Assembly (NCBI GenBank): GCA_964422585.1 | Contig: CAYRBH010000002.1 | Location: 13,428-77,427, forward strand | Length of the DNA stretch: 64,000 nt | Reading direction: 5' to 3' | Source: an uncultured Gammaproteobacteria bacterium | GTDB taxonomy: Bacteria > Patescibacteriota > Patescibacteriia > UBA1558 > 2-01-FULL-52-15 | Part shown: positions 1 through 9,496 of the stretch, one piece after another | Numbering within the stretch: the first letter of the stretch is position 1 | Layout of the letters: each line of letters opens with the position of its first letter | Program-made: the position numbers and the translations under genes | The notes under the pieces: generated by a model | Told to the model about the DNA's origin: nothing | The model's database searches: none | Seen by the model: the letters and a program-made list of their open reading frames with translations, nothing else

Positions 1-813
1 TCTGAAACCTATGCCGATGAGATCCTGCAACGAAATTTCGGTCAGGACCTGCATCGCATCTTACAGAACCGTAAAGAAAAACTCTTCGGCGTGGTTAACG
101 GCATCGACTATATTGAATTCGACCCCGGCCGTGATCCGCATCTATCCAAGCAGTATTCATCGACAAAAACGGAGCGCAAGCTGGTCAATAAAGAAGTCAT
201 ACAAAAACGGTACAAGCTCGACAACGACCCTTCCGCATGCGTCATCGTCATGACCTCGCGCATCGCTGAACAGAAAGGCTTCGATATACTACTTCCGATC
301 ATCCCCGCGCTCATGCACCTGCGCTTGCAAATGATCTTCATGGGCGATGGCGACAAAGACTATATCAAGCTTATTTCCAAATTGACGAGGCAGTATCCAA
401 AGCAGATAGCGCTTACCGGTTTCGATGACAACCGTACAGACGAGACTATGCTCTATGCTGGTGGCGACCTCTCTCTGTTCCCGTCCCGCTTCGAACCCTG
501 TGGTACGAATCAGCTCAAAAGCATGCGCTATGGCTGCATACCGGTCGCGCGGGAGATCGGCGGACTCTCGGATACAGTCACCGATGTCGACACCAAAGCA
601 CCAGAAAGCAACGGCTTCGTATTCACTGACTACGACTCATTTGCCTTTCTCACGGCCATCGCGAGGGCCTATGCGCATTTCCAGCATCCAATAAGCTGGA
701 AAGAGCTGGTCATGCGCGCGATGCAACAGTCGAACTCCTGGGAATTACCGGCGCGCACATACGTGGAGCTCTACAAAAAAGCATTGAAATTCAAGCATGA
801 TGCCAAAGTCTAA
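1..813 (+). CDS. glgA: Glycogen/starch synthase (GT5), 5'-truncated by the window edge
   Basis: Frame is open from base 1 (SETYADEIL...GVVNGID). Motifs SRIAEQKG and PSRFEPCG...SMRYGCIPV. Confidence 0.9.
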   Translation, partial: SETYADEILQRNFGQDLHRILQNRKEKLFGVVNGIDYIEFDPGRDPHLSKQYSSTKTERKLVNKEVIQKRYKLDNDPSACVIVMTSRIAEQKGFDILLPIIPALMHLRLQMIFMGDGDKDYIKLISKLTRQYPKQIALTGFDDNRTDETMLYAGGDLSLFPSRFEPCGTNQLKSMRYGCIPVAREIGGLSDTVTDVDTKAPESNGFVFTDYDSFAFLTAIARAYAHFQHPISWKELVMRAMQQSNSWELPARTYVELYKKALKFKHDAKV

Positions 814-1975
814 ACCTCGACTTACCTGGGTGAACTGTCTCCATATCTACCAACCGCCCTGGCAGCGCGAAGAAGTGGTACGATTAGTCACGAGAGAAAG
901 CTATGAGCTTATCATAGCGACTCTGAAAAAATTTCCTCATTGGAACCTAACTCTCAATATCTCAGGCACCCTACTCGATACCTTCGAGAAGCTTGGCTAT
1001 CAGACACTGCTGAAAGATATCGCTCTGCTGGTCAGACGAAAACAGATCGAGCTGACCGGTTCATCCCAGTATCATGCCTTCCTCCCCCAGCTGCCGGCGA
1101 GCGAGATAGTGCGGCAGATCGATCTCCAGGAGCAGACGCTCAAAAAATATTTCAAGAAGTATCGGCCAAAAGGATTTTTCGTTCCTGAACTTGCCTATAC
1201 CACACGTATCGGAAAGCTGCTGCGCGAGCGAGGCTATCACTGGATCATGCTTGACCCTATCAGCACTACGAGCAAGCCTGCTACCTCGACCCGTTACATT
1301 GAAAAAGCCACCGGACTTACCGTCGTCTTCAGGAATCGAGCGATTTCGAAAGGCTACCCGCCTGAATTGCTGTTCAAGTCTTTGAAAAAGAAGAGCGCTG
1401 CGGCTCGCACCGTTATTACCGCAACTGATGGCGAGCTCTATGGTCATTTCCATAAGGATTGGCAGGATCATCTGAAGCAGCTGCTTGAATCTGATACTAT
1501 CTCGACCGCTCGGGTGAGCGATTATATCGCGACCCTGGGAAAAAAAGAACTGATCAAACTACATGATGCCTCATGGGAAACAAAATCACATCAGCTGCAT
1601 GCCAAGAATCCCTTCAGTATCTGGTACAATAGACATAATCCCATACATCGAGACCTCTGGTCGCTGGCGCACTATGCGATACACTCGCTCAAGCATCATG
1701 TATCGGATCCGAACTATCGCTGGGCAAGGGAACATCTCGACCGCGGTCTCGCCTCTTGCGCCTGGTGGTGGGCGTCCGAGGTCAAAACATCGACATTCGG
1801 TTCGCTGGCCTGGAGTCCGGATGAGATAGAGCGTGGTGCCACCGAACTAATCAAAGCGGTCCGCTCCCTCACCACGATATCCTCTGCAAGCAAGATACGG
1901 GCTGAAAAACTATATAGCACCTTACTCGGACATATGTGGACTAAACATTGGAAATCCTATGGGGCGACAACATAA
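797..1975 (+). CDS. Glycoside hydrolase family 57 protein
   Basis: N-terminal HIYQP, ELTGS..YH..LP, GFFVPELAY and TDGELYGH motifs; glycogen cluster context. Confidence 0.85.
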   Translation: MMPKSKPRLTWVNCLHIYQPPWQREEVVRLVTRESYELIIATLKKFPHWNLTLNISGTLLDTFEKLGYQTLLKDIALLVRRKQIELTGSSQYHAFLPQLPASEIVRQIDLQEQTLKKYFKKYRPKGFFVPELAYTTRIGKLLRERGYHWIMLDPISTTSKPATSTRYIEKATGLTVVFRNRAISKGYPPELLFKSLKKKSAAARTVITATDGELYGHFHKDWQDHLKQLLESDTISTARVSDYIATLGKKELIKLHDASWETKSHQLHAKNPFSIWYNRHNPIHRDLWSLAHYAIHSLKHHVSDPNYRWAREHLDRGLASCAWWWASEVKTSTFGSLAWSPDEIERGATELIKAVRSLTTISSASKIRAEKLYSTLLGHMWTKHWKSYGATT

Positions 1976-3053
1976 TATCGACAAGCTCATTGAGGCAAAT
2001 CCGGTCAATAGAGGGCTCGATTATACTTTTGTCGATCAACTGATGAGCGGCATTACCTTAGCTCATTTCCCAGAGTTCGCCTCGATTAGCAACCTGCGAC
2101 ATGTCAGCCACAAACGTCGCGTCGGCAAACATCATAGCACCTTCATCTATAGCTACTATATTTCCGGCATGACCAAAGACCGGACGCCGATACAGAAACA
2201 CCTAATCTACAGCTCGCACTCTGATGCGTCGCGACTCATCGCTTACAATAATATGCGACGCTTCGACGCTGCAGGCTTTAATGCTGATCATACCTATATG
2301 ACCATCGTGCCACTAGAGTTCGTGCCCGAAGTAAAAGCCCTTATCTATGAAGCGGCCCATGGCAAAACACTCTATGAGCACATGAAATCCCATACTGCGG
2401 CCGAACTCGAGCCCCTCCTGAAGCAAGTGGCTGCTTGGATACGGAAGTTCCATGCTTTTACCCTGCCAGCGAGTTCATTCGAAGCGCTGCCTCTCGCATC
2501 ATCAGCCAATATGAATTGGAAAGTCGACGAATTCCAGACCGAGGTGCAGAGAAAGAATGCGCAGCAAGGCGAAAAGTTGCGCTACTTCTCAGAGACCTTT
2601 TTCACACTTGAGAACAAAGTACATCAGAACATGACACCACAGCTGATTTATGGCGACCTGCACCCAGAGAATATCATCACCGAAACACTACACCCCGAGA
2701 CACTGACCCTGATCGATTTCACTGATGTCGCGCGCGGCGATCAAATGCGGGACATCGGGACCTTCCTTCAGCAAGTGCAATTCATGGGCTCACAATTCTA
2801 TGCGCAGCAAGACACTGAACATCTGAAAAAATTCTTCCTAGAACAGTATTTCCAGAAACCATTCGACTCGATCGATCAGGACCTTCTCGATCGCATTAAC
2901 CTCTACCAAGCGTGGAGTTCACTGCGAGGATTCGTGTACTTCTTCTTTCAGCCTGACTATCTCGAAAAATCCTATGGACTCCTCGAAGATGCCTGGCGCT
3001 ACCTCTACTTCGCGGGGCATAGCATGAGAACCCTGCACCTGAACTATACCTAG
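1959..3053 (+). CDS. APH/choline-kinase-like phosphotransferase
   Basis: YGDLHPENII and LIDF.D kinase motifs. Confidence 0.75.
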   Translation: MGRQHNIDKLIEANPVNRGLDYTFVDQLMSGITLAHFPEFASISNLRHVSHKRRVGKHHSTFIYSYYISGMTKDRTPIQKHLIYSSHSDASRLIAYNNMRRFDAAGFNADHTYMTIVPLEFVPEVKALIYEAAHGKTLYEHMKSHTAAELEPLLKQVAAWIRKFHAFTLPASSFEALPLASSANMNWKVDEFQTEVQRKNAQQGEKLRYFSETFFTLENKVHQNMTPQLIYGDLHPENIITETLHPETLTLIDFTDVARGDQMRDIGTFLQQVQFMGSQFYAQQDTEHLKKFFLEQYFQKPFDSIDQDLLDRINLYQAWSSLRGFVYFFFQPDYLEKSYGLLEDAWRYLYFAGHSMRTLHLNYT

Positions 3054-3089
3054 TACATAGACGCTCCCATTCTGTGGTACAATGGATGT

Positions 3090-3956
3090 ATGCAAAAATC
3101 CATTGACCTCCAAATGCACTCCCATTACTCGGACGGCTCCAAGAGCCCGACCGAGCTTATTGATATCCTCGTGTCAAAAAAAATAGTCGTTGCCGCTCTG
3201 ACCGATCACAATACGATACATGGCCAGTATGAATTCCAGGCTGCCGCGAAGAAGAAGAATATCAAGACCATCAATGCCGTGGAGCTCTACATAGAGTACA
3301 AACAGCGCAAACTGCACCTCTTAGGTTACAATATTGACATCAATAACTCTGAGCTACATGATGAGCTACGTGAGACTCAGATCAGGCGCAAGAAGCTCAT
3401 CGAGGGACTGGTACCGAAACTCAAGCGCGTAGGGATCACCTTGAATATCAGCGAGCTATTCGCGCAGCCAGCGACCTATATCGGCATCGCGAACGTTGTC
3501 CGCACGATCGAACGTGATGAAAAAAATCGCCAGGCACTACAGAAAGCCCTGAAAAAGAAGCAGTATGACTTCTTCGAGGTCTATAATCGCTTCTTCTCGA
3601 AAAATGCTCCGTGTCACTTACCTGAAGTATCGCTACCAGCGAAAGAGGCCTTCATGCTTATCAAAAAAGCCGGAGGCACACCGATACTGTCGCATCCAGG
3701 CTGGCAACTCTCATTCCACGATGATCATGTGATCGCAGAGCTTACCAAGCTCGGCATGAAGGGAATCGAATGCTTCAGCTCACACCATAACTGGGATCAG
3801 ACCGCGCATTACCTAAGCCTCGCCCGACAGCAAAAGCTCATCATTACCGGCGGTTCTGACTATCACGGCGATTTGCCTGGTGACTTCATCATTGAGAATT
3901 ATCACGAGTATACCTCGCTGCCGTACGAAATCTACGAAAATATAAAAGTGTTTTAA
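3090..3956 (+). CDS. PHP-domain metal-dependent phosphoesterase
   Basis: DLQMHSHYSDG, ALTDHNT, SHP and GGSDYHG motifs. Confidence 0.9.
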   Translation: MQKSIDLQMHSHYSDGSKSPTELIDILVSKKIVVAALTDHNTIHGQYEFQAAAKKKNIKTINAVELYIEYKQRKLHLLGYNIDINNSELHDELRETQIRRKKLIEGLVPKLKRVGITLNISELFAQPATYIGIANVVRTIERDEKNRQALQKALKKKQYDFFEVYNRFFSKNAPCHLPEVSLPAKEAFMLIKKAGGTPILSHPGWQLSFHDDHVIAELTKLGMKGIECFSSHHNWDQTAHYLSLARQQKLIITGGSDYHGDLPGDFIIENYHEYTSLPYEIYENIKVF

Positions 3957-4064
3957 GATTCACGATTGACAGCAGGCTGACTCATGAACCACATGGGCCG
4001 ACTGCTTTTTAAAATGAAAAATATGCCTCGCGCTTATCATTTTTATGGTACTATATAAAGCAGT

Positions 4065-5516
4065 ATGCCAAGGAAAAAACTCTCTATCGTCTTTACCGCT
4101 GCTGAGTGCGCGCCTTTTGCCAAAGTCGGAGGACTTGGCGATGTCATAGGCTCACTACCGCAAGCGTTGGCTGAACGAGGTTGTACTGTAACGGTTATCA
4201 TACCCCTCTATGGGAGTATTGATCGTACAAGATACCGGTTAACAAAATTCGGCGCTCTTACGTTTGAACATAACAAACGCACGGAACGCTGTGTGGTCTG
4301 GAGAGCACAGCTCCGTGGCAACCCAGTCACGTACTTGTTCATCGAGCATCCTCTCTTCAAGGCAAAAGAAATATATCGAGCTGGCAGCGTTGTCACAAGC
4401 GGCATTGACCCTGATATTGATAAATTCGGATTCTATAGTAAGGCGGCTGTCGAAGCAATACAGCAACTGCCTGTCGCCGCCGATATCATCCACTGTCATG
4501 ATTGGCATGCAGGGCTCGTCCCGACTTTTGTCGATCAATTAGCGGTGACCAAAAACTACCCTTTCACGAAGACAGTCTACACCATCCATAATCTAGGCAA
4601 TCAGGGCATTACACCGCGCTCTGAGATCAGGAGGCTCACGCTAGCGCTGTCGGAGCCGGCAGTGCTAGAAGATTACTATGATCTGGATGAAGAAAAACTG
4701 AATCTCATGAAGATAGGCATCTTGACCGCTGATCGGATCTCTACCGTGAGCGAGACCTATGCGAAGGAAATACTTACACCAGAATACGGTGGCGGACTTG
4801 AATCATTCTTATCGCGGAGAAAAAAAGATCTCTCTGGTATCGTCAATGGCATCGATACGAAACTCTTTGACCCAGCGAAGGATGCCTTTCTCATAAAGAG
4901 ATACTCTCTGAAGACATGGAAACAGGGAAAGCAGAAGAACAAACAAGCAGTGCAGCGCAGCTTGGGTCTGCCGCGATCTGGCGCTCCGCTCTATGGATTA
5001 GTGAGCCGACTCGTTGCTCAAAAAGGCTTGGATATTCTAGTGCAATCACTCGAAACGTTTCTACGGAATGATGTTCAAGTGGCGATCTTGGGTACTGGTG
5101 AAAAAAAATTGGAGTTGCAGCTCGTCGAGCTCGCCAAGCGGTTCCCGGAGAAGCTGCATGCAACCATTGGTTTTGACCTGCGACAAGCGCAGCAAATCTA
5201 TGCTGGTTCTGACGTGTTCCTGATGCCATCACGTTTCGAGCCCTGCGGCCTGGGACAGCTCATTGCTATGCGCTACGGGACTCTTCCTCTAGTCAGAGCG
5301 ACCGGAGGGTTACAGGATACCGTGCAGCACCTGAGAACCGGGATCGTATTCAGTGAATATTCCGCCCAAAAATTATCAACGGCGCTTGAGCAAAGCTTAG
5401 CGCTGTATGGCAAGCCAAAATCTTGGTATACTATGGTAGAACGATGTATGAAGCAAGATTTCTCTTGGGCATCATCGGCGAAAAAATATATCGCACTCTA
5501 TAGAAGACTTATCTAG
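4065..5516 (+). CDS. glgA: Glycogen synthase
   Basis: AKVGGLGDV, HCHDWH, TIHNL and PSRFEPCGL motifs. Confidence 0.95.
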   Translation: MPRKKLSIVFTAAECAPFAKVGGLGDVIGSLPQALAERGCTVTVIIPLYGSIDRTRYRLTKFGALTFEHNKRTERCVVWRAQLRGNPVTYLFIEHPLFKAKEIYRAGSVVTSGIDPDIDKFGFYSKAAVEAIQQLPVAADIIHCHDWHAGLVPTFVDQLAVTKNYPFTKTVYTIHNLGNQGITPRSEIRRLTLALSEPAVLEDYYDLDEEKLNLMKIGILTADRISTVSETYAKEILTPEYGGGLESFLSRRKKDLSGIVNGIDTKLFDPAKDAFLIKRYSLKTWKQGKQKNKQAVQRSLGLPRSGAPLYGLVSRLVAQKGLDILVQSLETFLRNDVQVAILGTGEKKLELQLVELAKRFPEKLHATIGFDLRQAQQIYAGSDVFLMPSRFEPCGLGQLIAMRYGTLPLVRATGGLQDTVQHLRTGIVFSEYSAQKLSTALEQSLALYGKPKSWYTMVERCMKQDFSWASSAKKYIALYRRLI

Positions 5517-5535
5517 CATTCTTTTTTCGAACACT

Positions 5536-6465
5536 ATGCTGAAAAAACCAGAACTCCGCAAAGACTATGTGCAGGAAAAGTATGTGATCATAGCGCCCTT
5601 GCGATCGAAGCGTCCTAATGTGTTCAAAAAGCCTCATATGGCGGTACGCGAACACTTATCGCTGCCGACCGTCTTTACTCCACAGTCGCTCAAGAAAGAG
5701 AAGGCCCTGCTCACTATCGGTCATGGTCTTAAATGGCAGATAAAGGTCTTGAAGAATAAGTACCCTATCGTTGACCCAAGCTACCCGAAGGCCTACGGCT
5801 ACCATGAGGTAGTGGTCGAGACTCCGGACCCGCGACCAGAACTGGAAGATCTTCCCATTCCTCATATCGCCAAAATTCTCGAGGTCTATGCCACGCGGAC
5901 CGAGGCGATCACTCGTGATCCTCGTATCAAGTATGTCCTGATCTTCAAAAATAATGGTGGTAATGCCGGCGCTTCGCTGCAGCATGCACATTCTCAGATC
6001 TTCGCCACCGAATTCCTGCCATCGCATCTGTTCGATAAATCACAAAAACAGCAGGAGTATAAGTTGAAAACCGGCCGCTGCGTGTACTGCGATGTCATCA
6101 AAAAGGAAAAAGACGGGCCACGCAGGATCTTCGTCGACAAGCATATCATCGCTTTCTGTCCCTATGCCTCACAGTATAACTATGAGGTTTGGATGATGCC
6201 TCGACGCCACATCGATAATATCACTGACCTGAATGAAGTGGAGCGCACTGATTGGGCCCGCATACTCAAAAAAGTTACTAAAAAAATCAGCAGGTTGAAC
6301 TTACCGTATAATTTCTATTTCCATCAAGTCGTGAAAGATGAAGACCAGCATCTCTACCTGAAGATCGTGCCCCGCGGCAGCGCGTGGGCGGGCGTCGAGA
6401 TAGGCTCAGGACTCATTATCAATCCGATACCACCAGAGGACGCTGCCAAGTATTATCGGCAATGA
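5536..6465 (+). CDS. galT: GalT-like hexose-1-phosphate nucleotidyltransferase (HIT-related)
   Basis: R.KRP, NKYP, GYHEV, GASLQHAHSQ and CVYC motifs. Confidence 0.8.
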   Translation: MLKKPELRKDYVQEKYVIIAPLRSKRPNVFKKPHMAVREHLSLPTVFTPQSLKKEKALLTIGHGLKWQIKVLKNKYPIVDPSYPKAYGYHEVVVETPDPRPELEDLPIPHIAKILEVYATRTEAITRDPRIKYVLIFKNNGGNAGASLQHAHSQIFATEFLPSHLFDKSQKQQEYKLKTGRCVYCDVIKKEKDGPRRIFVDKHIIAFCPYASQYNYEVWMMPRRHIDNITDLNEVERTDWARILKKVTKKISRLNLPYNFYFHQVVKDEDQHLYLKIVPRGSAWAGVEIGSGLIINPIPPEDAAKYYRQ

Positions 6466-6466
6466 C

Positions 6467-7219
6467 ATGAAACTACGGGCATTCACGCTTATAGAGCTTG
6501 TCATAGTGATGACGATACTGATGGTCATAATAGCCATCGGCATCGTAAGCTATGATACTGCGATAGCAAAAACTGATATCACCCATGGCAAAAGTGATAT
6601 GGCTGAGATAGCCAAGGCTGTCCTCGTTGCACAATACAAAAGCGGCTTATCTCTACGGGATATGATGCACAATGCTACCGGCGGCGCAGACGGTTGCTAC
6701 ACCACACAAGGATGCTATAAATCCTACCGAACGCAAAATGGGTTATCACTTGATCTACGCAATATACCCAACACCGACCCTTGCTACACTCAGTGGGCTA
6801 CGGCATTACAGGCCATAAAAAATAATACCGGCGGACAGCTGTCCTATGATACGAATGCCTTGCAGCGTGATCCCTGGGGCAGTCCCTACATTTTGCGCAT
6901 TAACGATGGTTGCACAACCTATATCACCGACCGCAATCAATGTTCTGCTCCAACCTATACTTGCCTCCCTGGGCTCCCCTATCAAGCATGTTGTCAGAAC
7001 GACGGCCTTATTTCTGTCGGCCCTGATGGTCTTGAGGGTACGGCGGACGACTTTTCTTTTGGCACAACACCCCTCCCGCATATATCGGTAGGCTTTGATG
7101 GCGTCGCAAACAATGCTGACGACGATCTCGGTGGACTTATACCGCGAGCGTATACGGGTAAATGCGCCTTCAACCAAGACGCCAGCCATGGAGGAGCAGC
7201 CTACTGTGACGGAGACTAA
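6467..7219 (+). CDS. Type IV pilin/pseudopilin-like protein, Cys-rich
   Basis: Class III signal RA|FTLIELVIV plus a hydrophobic helix; GspG-like DPWGSPY and SVGPDG..GTADD. Confidence 0.85.
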   Translation: MKLRAFTLIELVIVMTILMVIIAIGIVSYDTAIAKTDITHGKSDMAEIAKAVLVAQYKSGLSLRDMMHNATGGADGCYTTQGCYKSYRTQNGLSLDLRNIPNTDPCYTQWATALQAIKNNTGGQLSYDTNALQRDPWGSPYILRINDGCTTYITDRNQCSAPTYTCLPGLPYQACCQNDGLISVGPDGLEGTADDFSFGTTPLPHISVGFDGVANNADDDLGGLIPRAYTGKCAFNQDASHGGAAYCDGD

Positions 7220-7221
7220 AC

Positions 7222-8256
7222 TTACTGCTTCTGCTGCTGCGGGAAGAGCTTAACTACTTCCTGGTACACCAATCCTGAAACATCAGAAATAGTCGTTGCC
7301 ATCTGATCATAGTCGACTCCCTTCGTCATGACACATAAGAAATAAGGATGATCAGGATAGTATACGATGCCACAATCATGCAGCTCCCGATCCGTGACAG
7401 CGCCAGTACTCCCCGTCACAGTATGCTTACCGAATTTATGCGCGACGATCAGGGGCGCGCCAAGACCTTTCACGATACCGTCCGCGAAGGTGGCCTGCGT
7501 CAGTACATGCAATGCGCGTTGTGACATTTCTTTATCCAAATACGTCGCGTTATAGAGCACTCTGAAAAATGTTGAGTAGTTCTTCGCTGACATCTGATCC
7601 GGTTCGGTCGGATCTTGTCCGGTACCGAAAGGAACGCCTAGGTCGCTGTATACCTCCTTCAAAGAATTCGGGTCAATACTATTCGCGAGCAGATATAGTG
7701 CTACATTATCTGATTTTGTGATCATCTGCTCGATTAACTCCTCAATAGTATACTCTTTATTCTCAGTCAACAGATCCGGGGCGTCAAGATTGATCAATGA
7801 GCGCATAGCCGGAGTGATGGCATAGGTGACTTTTTTGGTAAGTATGTCAGGACTGGCCTCTGCCTCCTTATAGTAGGCTATCATGATTGGGACTTTCAAC
7901 AGGCTCGCTGGGGTATACTTTTCATTCTCATTCACCCCGACCCAGCGCCCGCTATTCATGGTGCGAAAATACACTGAAATCGAAGTAGCTTGGTTCGTGC
8001 TTACTTTCCGATCCACAAGGGCCTGGATGACCTTCTCAATAGGAGCGAACTCGGTGAATTCTTTCTGATCAGGGATATCACAACTCAGGAGCGGATTCAC
8101 CAAGTTATCATAGCCCTCTCTCTGTACTTGCATGCGTTCGTTTGCTGGGACGGTTGCTGGCAATGCGCTTCGCGCAGCCCAACCACCATAAAAGGAGGTC
8201 GCGAGGGCGGCAAGAACGAGTACAGAGAGTACCGCTCGGTTTCTGAGTATAGCCAT
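7222..8256 (-). CDS. Class A beta-lactamase-like serine hydrolase/PBP
   Basis: N-terminal signal/anchor; PASLLK (SxxK), SDN and HKFG (KTG-like) motifs. Confidence 0.8.
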   Translation of the reverse strand: MAILRNRAVLSVLVLAALATSFYGGWAARSALPATVPANERMQVQREGYDNLVNPLLSCDIPDQKEFTEFAPIEKVIQALVDRKVSTNQATSISVYFRTMNSGRWVGVNENEKYTPASLLKVPIMIAYYKEAEASPDILTKKVTYAITPAMRSLINLDAPDLLTENKEYTIEELIEQMITKSDNVALYLLANSIDPNSLKEVYSDLGVPFGTGQDPTEPDQMSAKNYSTFFRVLYNATYLDKEMSQRALHVLTQATFADGIVKGLGAPLIVAHKFGKHTVTGSTGAVTDRELHDCGIVYYPDHPYFLCVMTKGVDYDQMATTISDVSGLVYQEVVKLFPQQQKQ

Positions 8257-9464
8257 TATGTGATCTTTACAAATTTCCTCTTGCCAACTTGCACAACATC
8301 ACCTTTTTGGAGAGCAATCATTACGTTAGGGTTACGAGTTAGCTGGTCCCCATTAATTCTGACTGCGCCCTGTTCAACCATACGACGAGCCTCAGACTTT
8401 GATGAGCACAGTTTGAGCTTAACAAGAATACTCAATATCCCCTCGTCCGTTAGTGTCGTGGGAACTTCTCTGATGCCCGTTGGGATTTGCTTCTTTGTAA
8501 ACTGCTTTACGAATTCGTACTCTGCTTGGATGGCCTCCTTTGCAGAGTGAAATCTCGTAACTATCATTCGAGCAAGCTCAGCTTTGGCATCACGTGGGTT
8601 CAGCTTGCCAAACTGCATCTGCTTCTGACGATCCTGAATGGCGGCCATCGGCATTGTGGTGATCAACTCTAATGCAGGCAGAATCATCGCATCGGTCCAT
8701 GACATAATTTTGCCGAACATTTCCTTGGGAGAATCAACAAGCGTCACCATATTCCCTTCTGTCTTCCCCATCTTCTTACCCGTTGCATCTTCCAGGAGCT
8801 TTGTGGCTATGACGAATTTTTCCTTATTTTTGTACTTCATCATTAGATCGCGACCGGTCAACATATTGAATGTCTGATCATTACCGCCTACTTCACCATC
8901 GACATTTATTGCAACTGAATCGTAGCCTTGCATCAGGGGATAGAGAAATTCGTGCATCAAGAGCGGTTTGCCTGATTTCATCCTTCTGTCGAATAGATCT
9001 CTCGCGAGCATTCGCTGTACGCTTTCTTTCGAAGCAAGCATCAATATATCCTCGAGTTTTAATTTCGAGAGCCAGGTGCTATTGAATTGGTACTCAGCCG
9101 CGTTCGGACCCGTGAATTTCAAAATAGTTGCTGCTTGTTTTTTGTAGTTCTTACAGTTGGCAAGGATTTCCTTCCTCGTAAGAATTTTCCGCGCTTCGGT
9201 CTTGTCCGGATCACCGGCAATTGCTGTAAAATCACCGATGAGAAGAATAACCTTGTGGCCAAGTGCCTGGAACTGGGCCAATTTCATAAGTGGAATAGCG
9301 TGCCCCAGGTGAAGCGCAGGCCCTGTCGGATCAATACCAAGGTACAAAGTCAGCTGCTTACCACTCTTCAACATCTTTTCCAGATAGTCGTGTGATGGAT
9401 ATATATTCTCGACACTTCGTGTCAGCAGCTCTTGTATCTTTTTTGGATTTGTATCAATCTTCAT
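8256..9464 (-). CDS. tyrS: Tyrosine--tRNA ligase
   Basis: GIDPT..ALHLGH, YPLMQGYD, KMGKT and a C-terminal S4 domain. Start moved to MKIDTN. Confidence 0.97.
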   Translation of the reverse strand: MKIDTNPKKIQELLTRSVENIYPSHDYLEKMLKSGKQLTLYLGIDPTGPALHLGHAIPLMKLAQFQALGHKVILLIGDFTAIAGDPDKTEARKILTRKEILANCKNYKKQAATILKFTGPNAAEYQFNSTWLSKLKLEDILMLASKESVQRMLARDLFDRRMKSGKPLLMHEFLYPLMQGYDSVAINVDGEVGGNDQTFNMLTGRDLMMKYKNKEKFVIATKLLEDATGKKMGKTEGNMVTLVDSPKEMFGKIMSWTDAMILPALELITTMPMAAIQDRQKQMQFGKLNPRDAKAELARMIVTRFHSAKEAIQAEYEFVKQFTKKQIPTGIREVPTTLTDEGILSILVKLKLCSSKSEARRMVEQGAVRINGDQLTRNPNVMIALQKGDVVQVGKRKFVKIT

Positions 9465-9496
9465 ACTCCTTATAATTATAGCGCACCTTTGGTATA

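Noticed and set aside
7222-8256. Functional antibiotic-resistance beta-lactamase
   Set aside because: KTG is replaced by KFG and the omega-loop ExxLN motif is not evident, so a PBP-like hydrolase is more likely.
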